Positions 15,639 to 22,680 of a stretch of DNA of 33,036 nt are shown here, piece by piece. The translations under genes were made by a program, and so were the position numbers. The stretch comes from an uncultured Methanosarcinales archaeon (GTDB lineage Archaea; Nanobdellota; Nanobdellia; Woesearchaeales; CAZJJJ01), in NCBI GenBank assembly GCA_964546295.1, contig CAZJJJ010000005.1:1-33036 (forward strand), written 5' to 3'. Position 1 is the first letter of the stretch, and each line of letters starts with the position of its first letter. Under the pieces are notes generated by a model, which worked only from the letters and a program-made list of their open reading frames with translations, ran no database searches and was not told the origin of the DNA.

Positions 15639-16166
15639 TCACAATCGCTTGAAGTATCCTCCTGTGTGGTCCTTCCTATAACCGAGATCAAGCAATGATT
15701 GTACCTTGAAGTCCGACTCATCATGCATAGGCTTTGTTGTGACTCCCTTTGCGCCCACATCGCGCCCCAGTATCTCAATTACGCCATAAAGCCTGTCAAT
15801 AGAGTACAATAGCCTATTCATATCATTATTTTCAATCAGATCTTCTCTGAACTCTTCGCCAGGAACATAGACGTCCGCATCGACGATATACCAAGAGCTT
15901 CGGCTATCATTAGGTGCGACAATGCCTGTGACGTATGGGAAATCTGACCTTATGTCCATGTCATCACGCAAGAAACTTCTATCGACGAAGATATTATTGA
16001 CAGGTATGCCGAACCTGTACCCTCGCGGGAGCCTCATGATTTCTGGCTTTTTATCGCTCGCAGGACGTACTAATGACCCTATCCTTCTTTCGTTCTGCAT
16101 CCCAGTGATCAGATTCTCTAGCTTGGATCTGTTCACTCTCCATTCTCTTCCATTTTCTCTTTCCAT
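15639..16166 (-). CDS. hypothetical protein (ORFan), start moved to ATG 16166
   Basis: The ORF track extends to 16358 but overlaps the JAMM-like gene. MERENGREW... starts 27 nt from the shared TATA. C-terminus is ...RKDHTGGYFKRL. Confidence 0.6.
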   Translation of the reverse strand: MERENGREWRVNRSKLENLITGMQNERRIGSLVRPASDKKPEIMRLPRGYRFGIPVNNIFVDRSFLRDDMDIRSDFPYVTGIVAPNDSRSSWYIVDADVYVPGEEFREDLIENNDMNRLLYSIDRLYGVIEILGRDVGAKGVTTKPMHDESDFKVQSLLDLGYRKDHTGGYFKRL

Positions 16167-16188
16167 TTTTTGGCGTGACAACAAATCA

Positions 16189-16197
16189 TTTTTAAAA
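16189..16197. promoter_or_regulatory. single palindromic TATA box shared by divergent genes 16166(-) and 16219(+)
   Basis: tttttaaaa centred at 16193. This is 27 nt from ATG 16166 and 26 nt from ATG 16219. 52 nt separate the two starts. Confidence 0.55.
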
Positions 16198-16218
16198 GTT
16201 ATCATTATCATACAGCAA

Positions 16219-16611
16219 ATGGCCAAGATTGCGCTCACTGAAGACCTGATCAGAGATATCATAGATTTCTCTAAGGAGAACCATGATAATGGTTTCCTTG
16301 TCCATCTGGGAGGACGGCTAGACAGAAACTCAGGGATGATAGTCGCAGAGCGTCTCATATACCAAGGCTATATGGAACCTTTGAGTCCTGCTTCTATTAT
16401 CACTGGGCATATGCCAGTCGTCGATGACACTATAGGTACTGTGCATAACAGCAGCTCAGAGAAACATGCACCCAATAAAAGAGACAAAGAGGTCATGGAG
16501 AAAGGCTATGGGAGCATCCACGTGATATCATTCTATCCCTATAAGGAAAATAATATAAGAATCTATGATAATGCAGGATCAGAGTTGGATTGGACTGCTG
16601 ATGGTGGTTAG
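16219..16611 (+). CDS. JAMM/MPN-fold protein (AfJAMM-like) with a degenerate metalloprotease motif
   Basis: 130 aa. MAKIALTEDLIRDIIDFSKENHDNGFLVHLGG... and GTVHNSSSEKHAPNKRD...IHVISFYPY follow the small archaeal JAMM layout. HxHx7SxxD reads H-N-S-x7-N-x2-D. The ORF-track N-terminal extension (15922-16218) is rejected. Confidence 0.7.
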   Translation: MAKIALTEDLIRDIIDFSKENHDNGFLVHLGGRLDRNSGMIVAERLIYQGYMEPLSPASIITGHMPVVDDTIGTVHNSSSEKHAPNKRDKEVMEKGYGSIHVISFYPYKENNIRIYDNAGSELDWTADGG

Positions 16612-17058
16612 ATGGGATTGTTCACTTATATGATCAACAAGAGGATGTCAAGAGCGCAGAAAATCAAGAAAGCTGACATGGTATCTCTTATTGCTGCCAC
16701 CATGGTCTCCGCAGCAGGAGCATATCTCCTCCTTACGCTTACATCCATAACGGCCACCTATGCGCACGGAGAACGGCTCATTCTTCCGCATCTTGCTTTA
16801 GAGGTAATAAATACATTCTTCTATGCCTTGGCCTTTTTGGGCTGTCTTCTCTGGATCAGAAAGAATGTGGGGAGGCTCAGACCTTTGATACAGCACAGCC
16901 TCACAATAGACATATGGGTGAGCATTGTAATCCTCGACAGTCTTGTACTTTCAGTGCTTGAAGGAAGGCTTGTCCTCGCAGAGATATTCATTCTTCCGCT
17001 CATCACCGCAGTCCTCATTCCTGTGGCGTTTCATAGACTGCGCTTCTCTTCGAGATGA
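16612..17058 (+). CDS. small 4-TM membrane protein, apparently translationally coupled to the JAMM-like gene
   Basis: ATG 16612 directly abuts TAG 16609-16611. Hydrophobic segments throughout. The 3' end overlaps the convergent asnB-dph6 gene by 28 nt. Confidence 0.6.
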   Translation: MGLFTYMINKRMSRAQKIKKADMVSLIAATMVSAAGAYLLLTLTSITATYAHGERLILPHLALEVINTFFYALAFLGCLLWIRKNVGRLRPLIQHSLTIDIWVSIVILDSLVLSVLEGRLVLAEIFILPLITAVLIPVAFHRLRFSSR

Positions 17059-19175
17059 GCCTTTTTCACATTGAGCACTCCAGAGTCTTCGGTATCCATG
17101 TGTTTCTCAGTCTCGTCTATCACAATCTTCTTATTGAAGAAAGGAGCGTCAAGCACAAGGCTCTCGAATTCTCCACCTTCTCCAGCCACATTCATACCGT
17201 TCTTCTTGCTCAGATCGACGAGTCTCTTAAGGGAGTCATGGGTGATTGTCTCACCAAGCCAAGAGCTCTCGAGACCATATGCAGCAATCTTCACAATGGA
17301 AATCTCGAAGCCATCCTTCAAGATACGTTCCATCTCGCTCTTCTGTTCCATGTGCCATAAAGGAGAGAATATCTTGAGCTCTAGATCATCACAGATCTCA
17401 TAGACGCGGTCACGCTGATAATTGGAAAACAATGCACCTGTGACAACTCCATCAATATCATGCTTCTCTTTTGCTGCAGACAAAGCTTTCCTAAGATCAT
17501 CCAGCTCCTCCTCTTTAGCACCGTCCGTTGTCTGCGTTATCAGTGGTATCCCTGAGGCCTGAGAATGCATTCCTGTCATCTCCATGTTAGGTGTATGGAA
17601 CATGTATGAATCCTCATTCCTGCTATCTATGGATATGAGACATGATATCTCATAGTTCTGTTGCATCATAATCCAAGCGGCGAATGCAGAATCCTTTCCG
17701 CCGCTCCACAGCACACCTAATTTTAGGTTGGGAGGCGTATAGAACTGCTTGAGGTAGTCAGATTTCCTGTCAAGACCTTTTCTTCCTGCAAGTCGCTGTA
17801 TCGCCCTGTCAATCTTAGAGCCATACTGTGCGGCTCTTTTCTTCCTCTCAGAGATGTCTTCAGGTATGCCTATTTTTGCAGAGATATCGCGCAGTATAAT
17901 CTTGTTCCTCTCACCATTTATCTTGAACGAGGTTGGTATTGATAAGGAATGTTCTACAAGTCTCTTGTCAAGGAAAGGCAGACGCATCTCCATCCCATTA
18001 TACATAGCGATGACATCATCACGGTAAAGGTCGCGCTCGTAGATCTTCAACAATCCTGAGAGGCACTCTTTGTTTATGTCTGAAGAGTCCTTGTGCCGTT
18101 CATAACCTGCAAAAATCTCTTCTGAACCAAGACCAGAGAGTATCACTCGCACACCATCCTTCTTCGCCTCTTCGCACGCTGCGAACATGGTAACACCCAC
18201 CCCAATTTTCACAACATTATTCTCTTCGATGAGCGGAGCTACCTTGCCGATGTACCCTGCCACCTCATTAAGAGAAATCTTCTTCACTCTCAGATCATAG
18301 CCCATCCTTTTTGCGACATCCTCAGCAGCATCAAGGTCAGCTGCCTTGCTCATCCCTTTTTCATCAAGAGCTGCAGTATAACATGTGAAACCTATACCCA
18401 TTTCTTTAAGTACATGGGCGATGAATACAGAATCTATTCCGCCAGAAAACAGTAAGCCAATCTTTCCTGACTTAAGACCCTCTACACGTTTCTTAATCGA
18501 CTCAATGAGGAGGTTCTCTGTATCTTTCATCATATCAGAGGATGTGGCATCAGTTATTCTGAAGAATCCTCTCTCGAGACGGGTCATCTTATCTTCAGTG
18601 ATATCATATACTAATATCTTCCGTGGATTGAGTTCGAGTGCTCGTTTTTTGCCTATGCTGTGTAATGCCTTCCGTTCTGATGCGATAGATAATCCGCCAT
18701 CAGTGGAATACCACATGGGCTTCACGCCTATAATGTCGCGAGCTACATACACCTTGTCCTCAGGCCTCTTCCAATATGCCAGCGAGAATACTCCGTCAAG
18801 CATGGCAAGGACCTTTTCCAATCTATCGACACCATGCTTCTCGATGAGCTGCAGGACGAGTTCTGCATCGTTTCTGCATTCTATACCATTGTCCTTTGCG
18901 AGTTTCTCCCAACCATATATCTCGCAATTTATCGCCAGGAAGCCTTCCTTTCCCTGCAATGGCTGCAACACATCTCCAACTATAGAATGCAGATTATGTA
19001 CCAAAACTGATTTCGAATCGAGAGAATCCAGATTCTCCAGATTGGCATCAACGATTAGAGAATCTCCATCCGTATATCCTATACCATCCTTGCCTCTATG
19101 TAGGATGGATTCCATAGCTATTTTTGCGCACTTCCCTGCATCATGCCTTCCGAAAATGCCAATTATGCCACACAT
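17031..19175 (-). CDS. fusion protein: glutamine-dependent asparagine synthetase (class II GATase + PP-loop synthetase) + Dph6/MJ0570-type diphthine-ammonia ligase domain
   Basis: MCGIIGIFG (N-terminal Cys nucleophile). LLFSGGIDSVFIA (first PP-loop). C-terminal about 230 aa carry VLWSGGKDSAFAA (second PP-loop) and AGEGGEFESLVLDAPFF (the Dph6-family EGGE motif). Confidence 0.9.
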   Translation of the reverse strand: MCGIIGIFGRHDAGKCAKIAMESILHRGKDGIGYTDGDSLIVDANLENLDSLDSKSVLVHNLHSIVGDVLQPLQGKEGFLAINCEIYGWEKLAKDNGIECRNDAELVLQLIEKHGVDRLEKVLAMLDGVFSLAYWKRPEDKVYVARDIIGVKPMWYSTDGGLSIASERKALHSIGKKRALELNPRKILVYDITEDKMTRLERGFFRITDATSSDMMKDTENLLIESIKKRVEGLKSGKIGLLFSGGIDSVFIAHVLKEMGIGFTCYTAALDEKGMSKAADLDAAEDVAKRMGYDLRVKKISLNEVAGYIGKVAPLIEENNVVKIGVGVTMFAACEEAKKDGVRVILSGLGSEEIFAGYERHKDSSDINKECLSGLLKIYERDLYRDDVIAMYNGMEMRLPFLDKRLVEHSLSIPTSFKINGERNKIILRDISAKIGIPEDISERKKRAAQYGSKIDRAIQRLAGRKGLDRKSDYLKQFYTPPNLKLGVLWSGGKDSAFAAWIMMQQNYEISCLISIDSRNEDSYMFHTPNMEMTGMHSQASGIPLITQTTDGAKEEELDDLRKALSAAKEKHDIDGVVTGALFSNYQRDRVYEICDDLELKIFSPLWHMEQKSEMERILKDGFEISIVKIAAYGLESSWLGETITHDSLKRLVDLSKKNGMNVAGEGGEFESLVLDAPFFNKKIVIDETEKHMDTEDSGVLNVKKAHLEEKRSL

Positions 19176-19204
19176 AGATCTGCTTGAGCGAGCTTCTCTT
19201 TAAG

Positions 19205-19220
19205 AAATTTTTTAAAATAG
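19205..19220. promoter_or_regulatory. AT-rich TATA region between divergent genes 19175(-) and 19238(+)
   Basis: aaattttttaaaatag has its centre about 25 nt upstream of ATG 19238. The adjacent cttaaag-type box is about 25 nt from ATG 19175. Confidence 0.45.
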
Positions 19221-19237
19221 CGTACCATTCTCTATAT

Positions 19238-19624
19238 ATGGAGCTTCTAGAGGAGATCTTTAGTATAGCAGATAATCGCTCACATTCTGGAGATGATGAC
19301 TTAGAGCTCAAGATTGGCTCTATAAGGAAAGATGACACAGTAGAGATTATATTCCACAAGGGACACTACTCGTATTCCACAGTGGGGTATTTTGTGAGGG
19401 ACGGGAGTAGAGGTATAATCCTAAAGAGGGATAAGAGGACAAAGAGTCCCTTGTTCCAGTTTCTGGAATTCTTTCGTAGGCAGTATATTGGTCATGATCT
19501 GATACAAGATATTCGTGTGCTTGAGCAAGATAATCCTTGTGATATGGACGAGAGAGACTACCATAGTAGAGAGATGTATGGCTGTGACGATTATGACAAA
19601 CAGTATCTTCTTGACCTGTACTGA
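19238..19624 (+). CDS. hypothetical protein (ORFan), start moved to ATG 19238
   Basis: The ORF-track TTG 19184 lies upstream of the TATA. MELLEEIFSIADN... starts at leaderless distance. No domain recognised. Confidence 0.55.
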   Translation: MELLEEIFSIADNRSHSGDDDLELKIGSIRKDDTVEIIFHKGHYSYSTVGYFVRDGSRGIILKRDKRTKSPLFQFLEFFRRQYIGHDLIQDIRVLEQDNPCDMDERDYHSREMYGCDDYDKQYLLDLY

Positions 19625-19723
19625 TACTCCTTGGACGCTGCCTCACCATTAATAATCTTTAACAAATATTTTAAAGCTGGAGATCATAATAAATCTATCC
19701 GAGATGATTCTTGGAATGGATGG

Positions 19724-19990
19724 GTGGTATGCGTGGATGATAGAATCGGGAAGAATCCAAGATTTGCCGAAAACAAAGGAGGCGACCATATTGAGCTGAA
19801 TGCCTTCCTGAAACTGCACGGTTTCGGATCAACAGGCGGTCAATCGAAGAACATCATAAGATCAGGAAAAGTTCTTGTCAATGGCTCAGTAGAGACTAGG
19901 AACAAGAGAAAGCTGTTTTCTGGTGATAAGGTCACTATGGAAGGGCATAATCTGACTGTGAAAGCTCATGAACTGAAGATGAAAGACTGA
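19724..19990 (+). CDS. S4-fold RNA-binding domain protein (YbcJ-like); start codon uncertain
   Basis: IELNAFLKLHGFGSTGGQSKNIIRSGKVLVNGSVETRNKRKLFSGDKV matches the small S4-domain pattern. There is no in-frame ATG; candidates are GTG 19724 or 19733. The TTG 19631 start lies upstream of the TATA-like boxes. Confidence 0.55.
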   Translation: MVCVDDRIGKNPRFAENKGGDHIELNAFLKLHGFGSTGGQSKNIIRSGKVLVNGSVETRNKRKLFSGDKVTMEGHNLTVKAHELKMKD

Positions 19991-20037
19991 ATTTCTGAGT
20001 TTTTTTGTTCTTTAAGCATAGTTACAAAATTATTTAA

Positions 20038-21297
20038 ATGTACAGAACTAGATACAGGCTACAGCCAACGCATCGGGGTGGTGAATTGGTATTGTTCAGG
20101 AGAAAGAACCGAAACGAACACAGATCTACGCGCGATTTGGACCAAGGACCTTCTGAGACCACACAGGTTCTGAACACACACACGGAGTCTCCTGGGCACG
20201 GGAATCCCATGCGCCGTTCCCTCGACGATATTGGGAGTCCTCCACCACCCCCTTTAGATTCTTCTTCTAGTGGTGAGTATAACCCTGATGCGCACGATGA
20301 CTACAATCTGGTCCCCTACAACGACCACGTCCATGAGACTTCTGAAGCAGAGCTGCCCGAAGATTATGAACGTAAGATTGTCTACGGTGATGATGGTTAT
20401 TTTGGATATGGACCTGCTGGCGAATTTGTGGGCAGAGGTAGGGGAAGAAGGGATGATGGGATACTGAGCGCACCTTCTGACAGGACAAGAGGAAGAGGAA
20501 CACAGAAAAGCAATAAGAATGCTGACCGCAATATCGAGAAGATGGATGAGAGAATTCGCAAGATCAGAGAGGAGACCAAAGAAGAGATGCGGGCGCTGAA
20601 GAATAGTGTCAAGTCAGATATGAAGGAATTCAAAGATATGACACGAGAGCTACGGAAGGAGCTTAAGAGAACTGAGAAGACCAACGAGCATTATAAGAAG
20701 GCTAATGAGGACCTTTTGAAGGAGAACAAAGATCTGAAGAGGGAACTGAAAAGACTTCAAGATACTAATGACAGGTTCGAGAAGGTTGAAGAGAGGAACG
20801 AACGTTTCATTGATGATGTGAGAAGAGAGCTTGCCCCGTATAAGAGACAAGAAGAAGAGATGACAAAACACTTCAAGGCACAGAGCGAACGGCTTGAGCG
20901 CACCAAGACACGTTTCGATGAGCTACTACGATATTCTAAGACAATCAATTCACGGAATGACTCGTTCCGGAAAGAATTCGACAAGGTATGGAACACGATT
21001 TCTCGTATAGAAGGAAGGCTTGACGAGCATTCTAGAGAGGTCAGCAAGGCAGATAGGAGTGCAACAAAGGCATCTGATGATCTCCAGGAAGTGGCTGCAC
21101 GAGTCAGAAAATTAGATGATCGTCTGGGAACTGTCGAAAAAGCGGATTTCACTAAGATGATAAGAGACATCAAAGATAGGATGTCTGCGATATCTGATGA
21201 GAACAAGAGGATGAACAAGGATATCGGCAAAGTAGAGCACAAGTTCGAGATCCTACGCGATAAGATAGAGATGGTCAAGAAGAGCAAAAGATCCTGA
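20038..21297 (+). CDS. long coiled-coil protein with a disordered Pro/Gly/Arg-rich N-terminal region
   Basis: aa 1-170 are low complexity (PPPPPLDSSSSG, GRGRGRRDDG, RGRG). The remainder is E/K/R-rich heptad-like sequence (ELRKELKRTEKTNEHYKKANEDLLKENKDLKRELKRLQ). Confidence 0.7.
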   Translation: MYRTRYRLQPTHRGGELVLFRRKNRNEHRSTRDLDQGPSETTQVLNTHTESPGHGNPMRRSLDDIGSPPPPPLDSSSSGEYNPDAHDDYNLVPYNDHVHETSEAELPEDYERKIVYGDDGYFGYGPAGEFVGRGRGRRDDGILSAPSDRTRGRGTQKSNKNADRNIEKMDERIRKIREETKEEMRALKNSVKSDMKEFKDMTRELRKELKRTEKTNEHYKKANEDLLKENKDLKRELKRLQDTNDRFEKVEERNERFIDDVRRELAPYKRQEEEMTKHFKAQSERLERTKTRFDELLRYSKTINSRNDSFRKEFDKVWNTISRIEGRLDEHSREVSKADRSATKASDDLQEVAARVRKLDDRLGTVEKADFTKMIRDIKDRMSAISDENKRMNKDIGKVEHKFEILRDKIEMVKKSKRS

Positions 21298-21310
21298 TAT
21301 AATCGGCACT

Positions 21311-21320
21311 TTTTTAATAT
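21311..21320 (+). promoter_or_regulatory. TATA box for the methyltransferase gene
   Basis: tttttaatat centred 25.5 nt upstream of ATG 21341. Confidence 0.5.
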
Positions 21321-21340
21321 CCCTCAAACATTCTTGAACC

Positions 21341-22153
21341 ATGAAGCAGATATTCATAGAGAGGTACAAGAAACTTAGGCCGGATTTCTCTGAGAAAGAC
21401 ATAACACTCAGACCATCACTCAGAATCAATACACTGAAGATAACAGAGAAAGAGCTCGCAAGACGGCTGAAACGAGAAAAAGTCAAGCTCGAGAAGATAA
21501 GTTTCCTCACCCATGGTTTCTATTATGATGCATCTTTCTCGCTAGGTGCCACCCCTGAATATCTTATGGGATATTATTATCTCCAAGAAGCGGCAAGCCA
21601 AGCCGCTTCAGAGTATCTGGCACCAAAGCCTGGCGAATGTGTGCTTGATATGTGTTCTGCTCCCGGATCAAAGACCACTCATATGGCTCAGCTCATGGGG
21701 AACGAAGGAATCATCATCGCTCTGGAGAAGAAGAGGCATAGGGTCGCCAGCCTCATCAACAATCTGGAGAGGATGGGGATAGAGAATACAGTAGTCTATA
21801 ACATGGATGCGCGAGATGCATCATCGCTAGAAACCTCATTTGACAAGGTACTGCTCGACGCGCCTTGCTCAGGGAACTTCGCCACAGACAAGGACTGGTT
21901 CGAGAAGCGTGATCTCACAAGCATCCGAACCAATGCTCGGGTACAAAAGGAACTTCTAGAATCTGCGATGAAGGTCGTCAAGAAAGGTGGCAGGATATTA
22001 TACTCCACGTGCTCCATGGAACCAGAAGAGAATGAGGAAGTAGCTGATTGGGCAATCAAAGAGTTAGGGCTTGAGGAACTAAAGAGGAAACGATTCTGGC
22101 CAGATCTGGATAGTACGCAAGGTTTCTTCATCTCACTGCTCGAAAAGAGATGA
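21341..22153 (+). CDS. NOL1/NOP2/Sun-family RNA cytosine-C5 methyltransferase (catalytic domain only)
   Basis: DMCSAPGSKT (SAM binding), LLDAPCSG and ILYSTCS (the two catalytic Cys motifs). Confidence 0.9.
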   Translation: MKQIFIERYKKLRPDFSEKDITLRPSLRINTLKITEKELARRLKREKVKLEKISFLTHGFYYDASFSLGATPEYLMGYYYLQEAASQAASEYLAPKPGECVLDMCSAPGSKTTHMAQLMGNEGIIIALEKKRHRVASLINNLERMGIENTVVYNMDARDASSLETSFDKVLLDAPCSGNFATDKDWFEKRDLTSIRTNARVQKELLESAMKVVKKGGRILYSTCSMEPEENEEVADWAIKELGLEELKRKRFWPDLDSTQGFFISLLEKR

Positions 22154-22164
22154 ATGCACAAGAA

Positions 22165-22176
22165 ATTTTATATAAT
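22165..22176 (+). promoter_or_regulatory. TATA box for the 22196 gene
   Basis: attttatataat centred 25.5 nt upstream of ATG 22196. Confidence 0.5.
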
Positions 22177-22195
22177 GTGCTAGACTATTCTATCT

Positions 22196-22669
22196 ATGGA
22201 TGAAGCCAACATCATTCCCGCTGCAGATGGTTCACGCATCTTCTTCTTTGAGGTAGAGGGTCTTGGATACCACTCTAACAAGGCATTCATAGACGGGAGT
22301 CTTTATGATATGATAAAGTCTATGATGCCGGATAGTCTAAGGGAAAAAATAAGCTTCGATAATAATGGGATGTACCTCTCCGGGAAGCACATGATACAGC
22401 CTCAGATGATAACACAAGAGACAATCACACCTGACTCAGTGTACCTGCTACACAAGCATGAGGATATCAATAGCGATGCTCTCGATGAGATCGTGCTGCA
22501 ATCTGCCCAAGAACTGAATAGGAACCTCATCATAGCATCCTCATCAAGATACGTCCAAGAAATGATGGTATTCATGAATGCAAATCATGAAGATATAACG
22601 AAAGAAGACATTAATCACCTCGTAGAGAAGTTCTATCAGACATACAAGCACATATACGAGAGGAACTAA
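22196..22669 (+). CDS. hypothetical protein (ORFan)
   Basis: 157-aa ORF with ATG at leaderless distance from the TATA. No motif recognised. Confidence 0.65.
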   Translation: MDEANIIPAADGSRIFFFEVEGLGYHSNKAFIDGSLYDMIKSMMPDSLREKISFDNNGMYLSGKHMIQPQMITQETITPDSVYLLHKHEDINSDALDEIVLQSAQELNRNLIIASSSRYVQEMMVFMNANHEDITKEDINHLVEKFYQTYKHIYERN

Positions 22670-22680
22670 AGGAACCAAAA

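Noticed and set aside
15922-16218. N-terminal 99 codons of ORF 15922-16611, and residues upstream of 16166 in ORF 15639-16358
   Set aside because: The two extensions overlap each other on opposite strands. The JAMM-like domain begins at MAKIAL (16219), matching the N-terminus of small archaeal JAMM proteins. Both shortened starts are equidistant from one TATA.
18385-19203. 272-aa ORF antisense to the asnB-dph6 gene (also 17055-17403)
   Set aside because: It lies fully inside a confidently identified gene on the opposite strand. The translation is Ser/Pro/Phe-rich and low in complexity, with no promoter. It is a typical shadow ORF.
19704-19799. Programmed frameshift joining the 32-codon ATG ORF to the S4 frame
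   Set aside because: No canonical slippery heptamer or downstream structure is evident. GTG initiation is a simpler explanation.
20397-21287. Antisense ORFs of 95-176 aa opposite the coiled-coil gene
   Set aside because: The Ser/Leu/Phe-rich translations are the mirror image of E/K/R codons. These are shadow ORFs.
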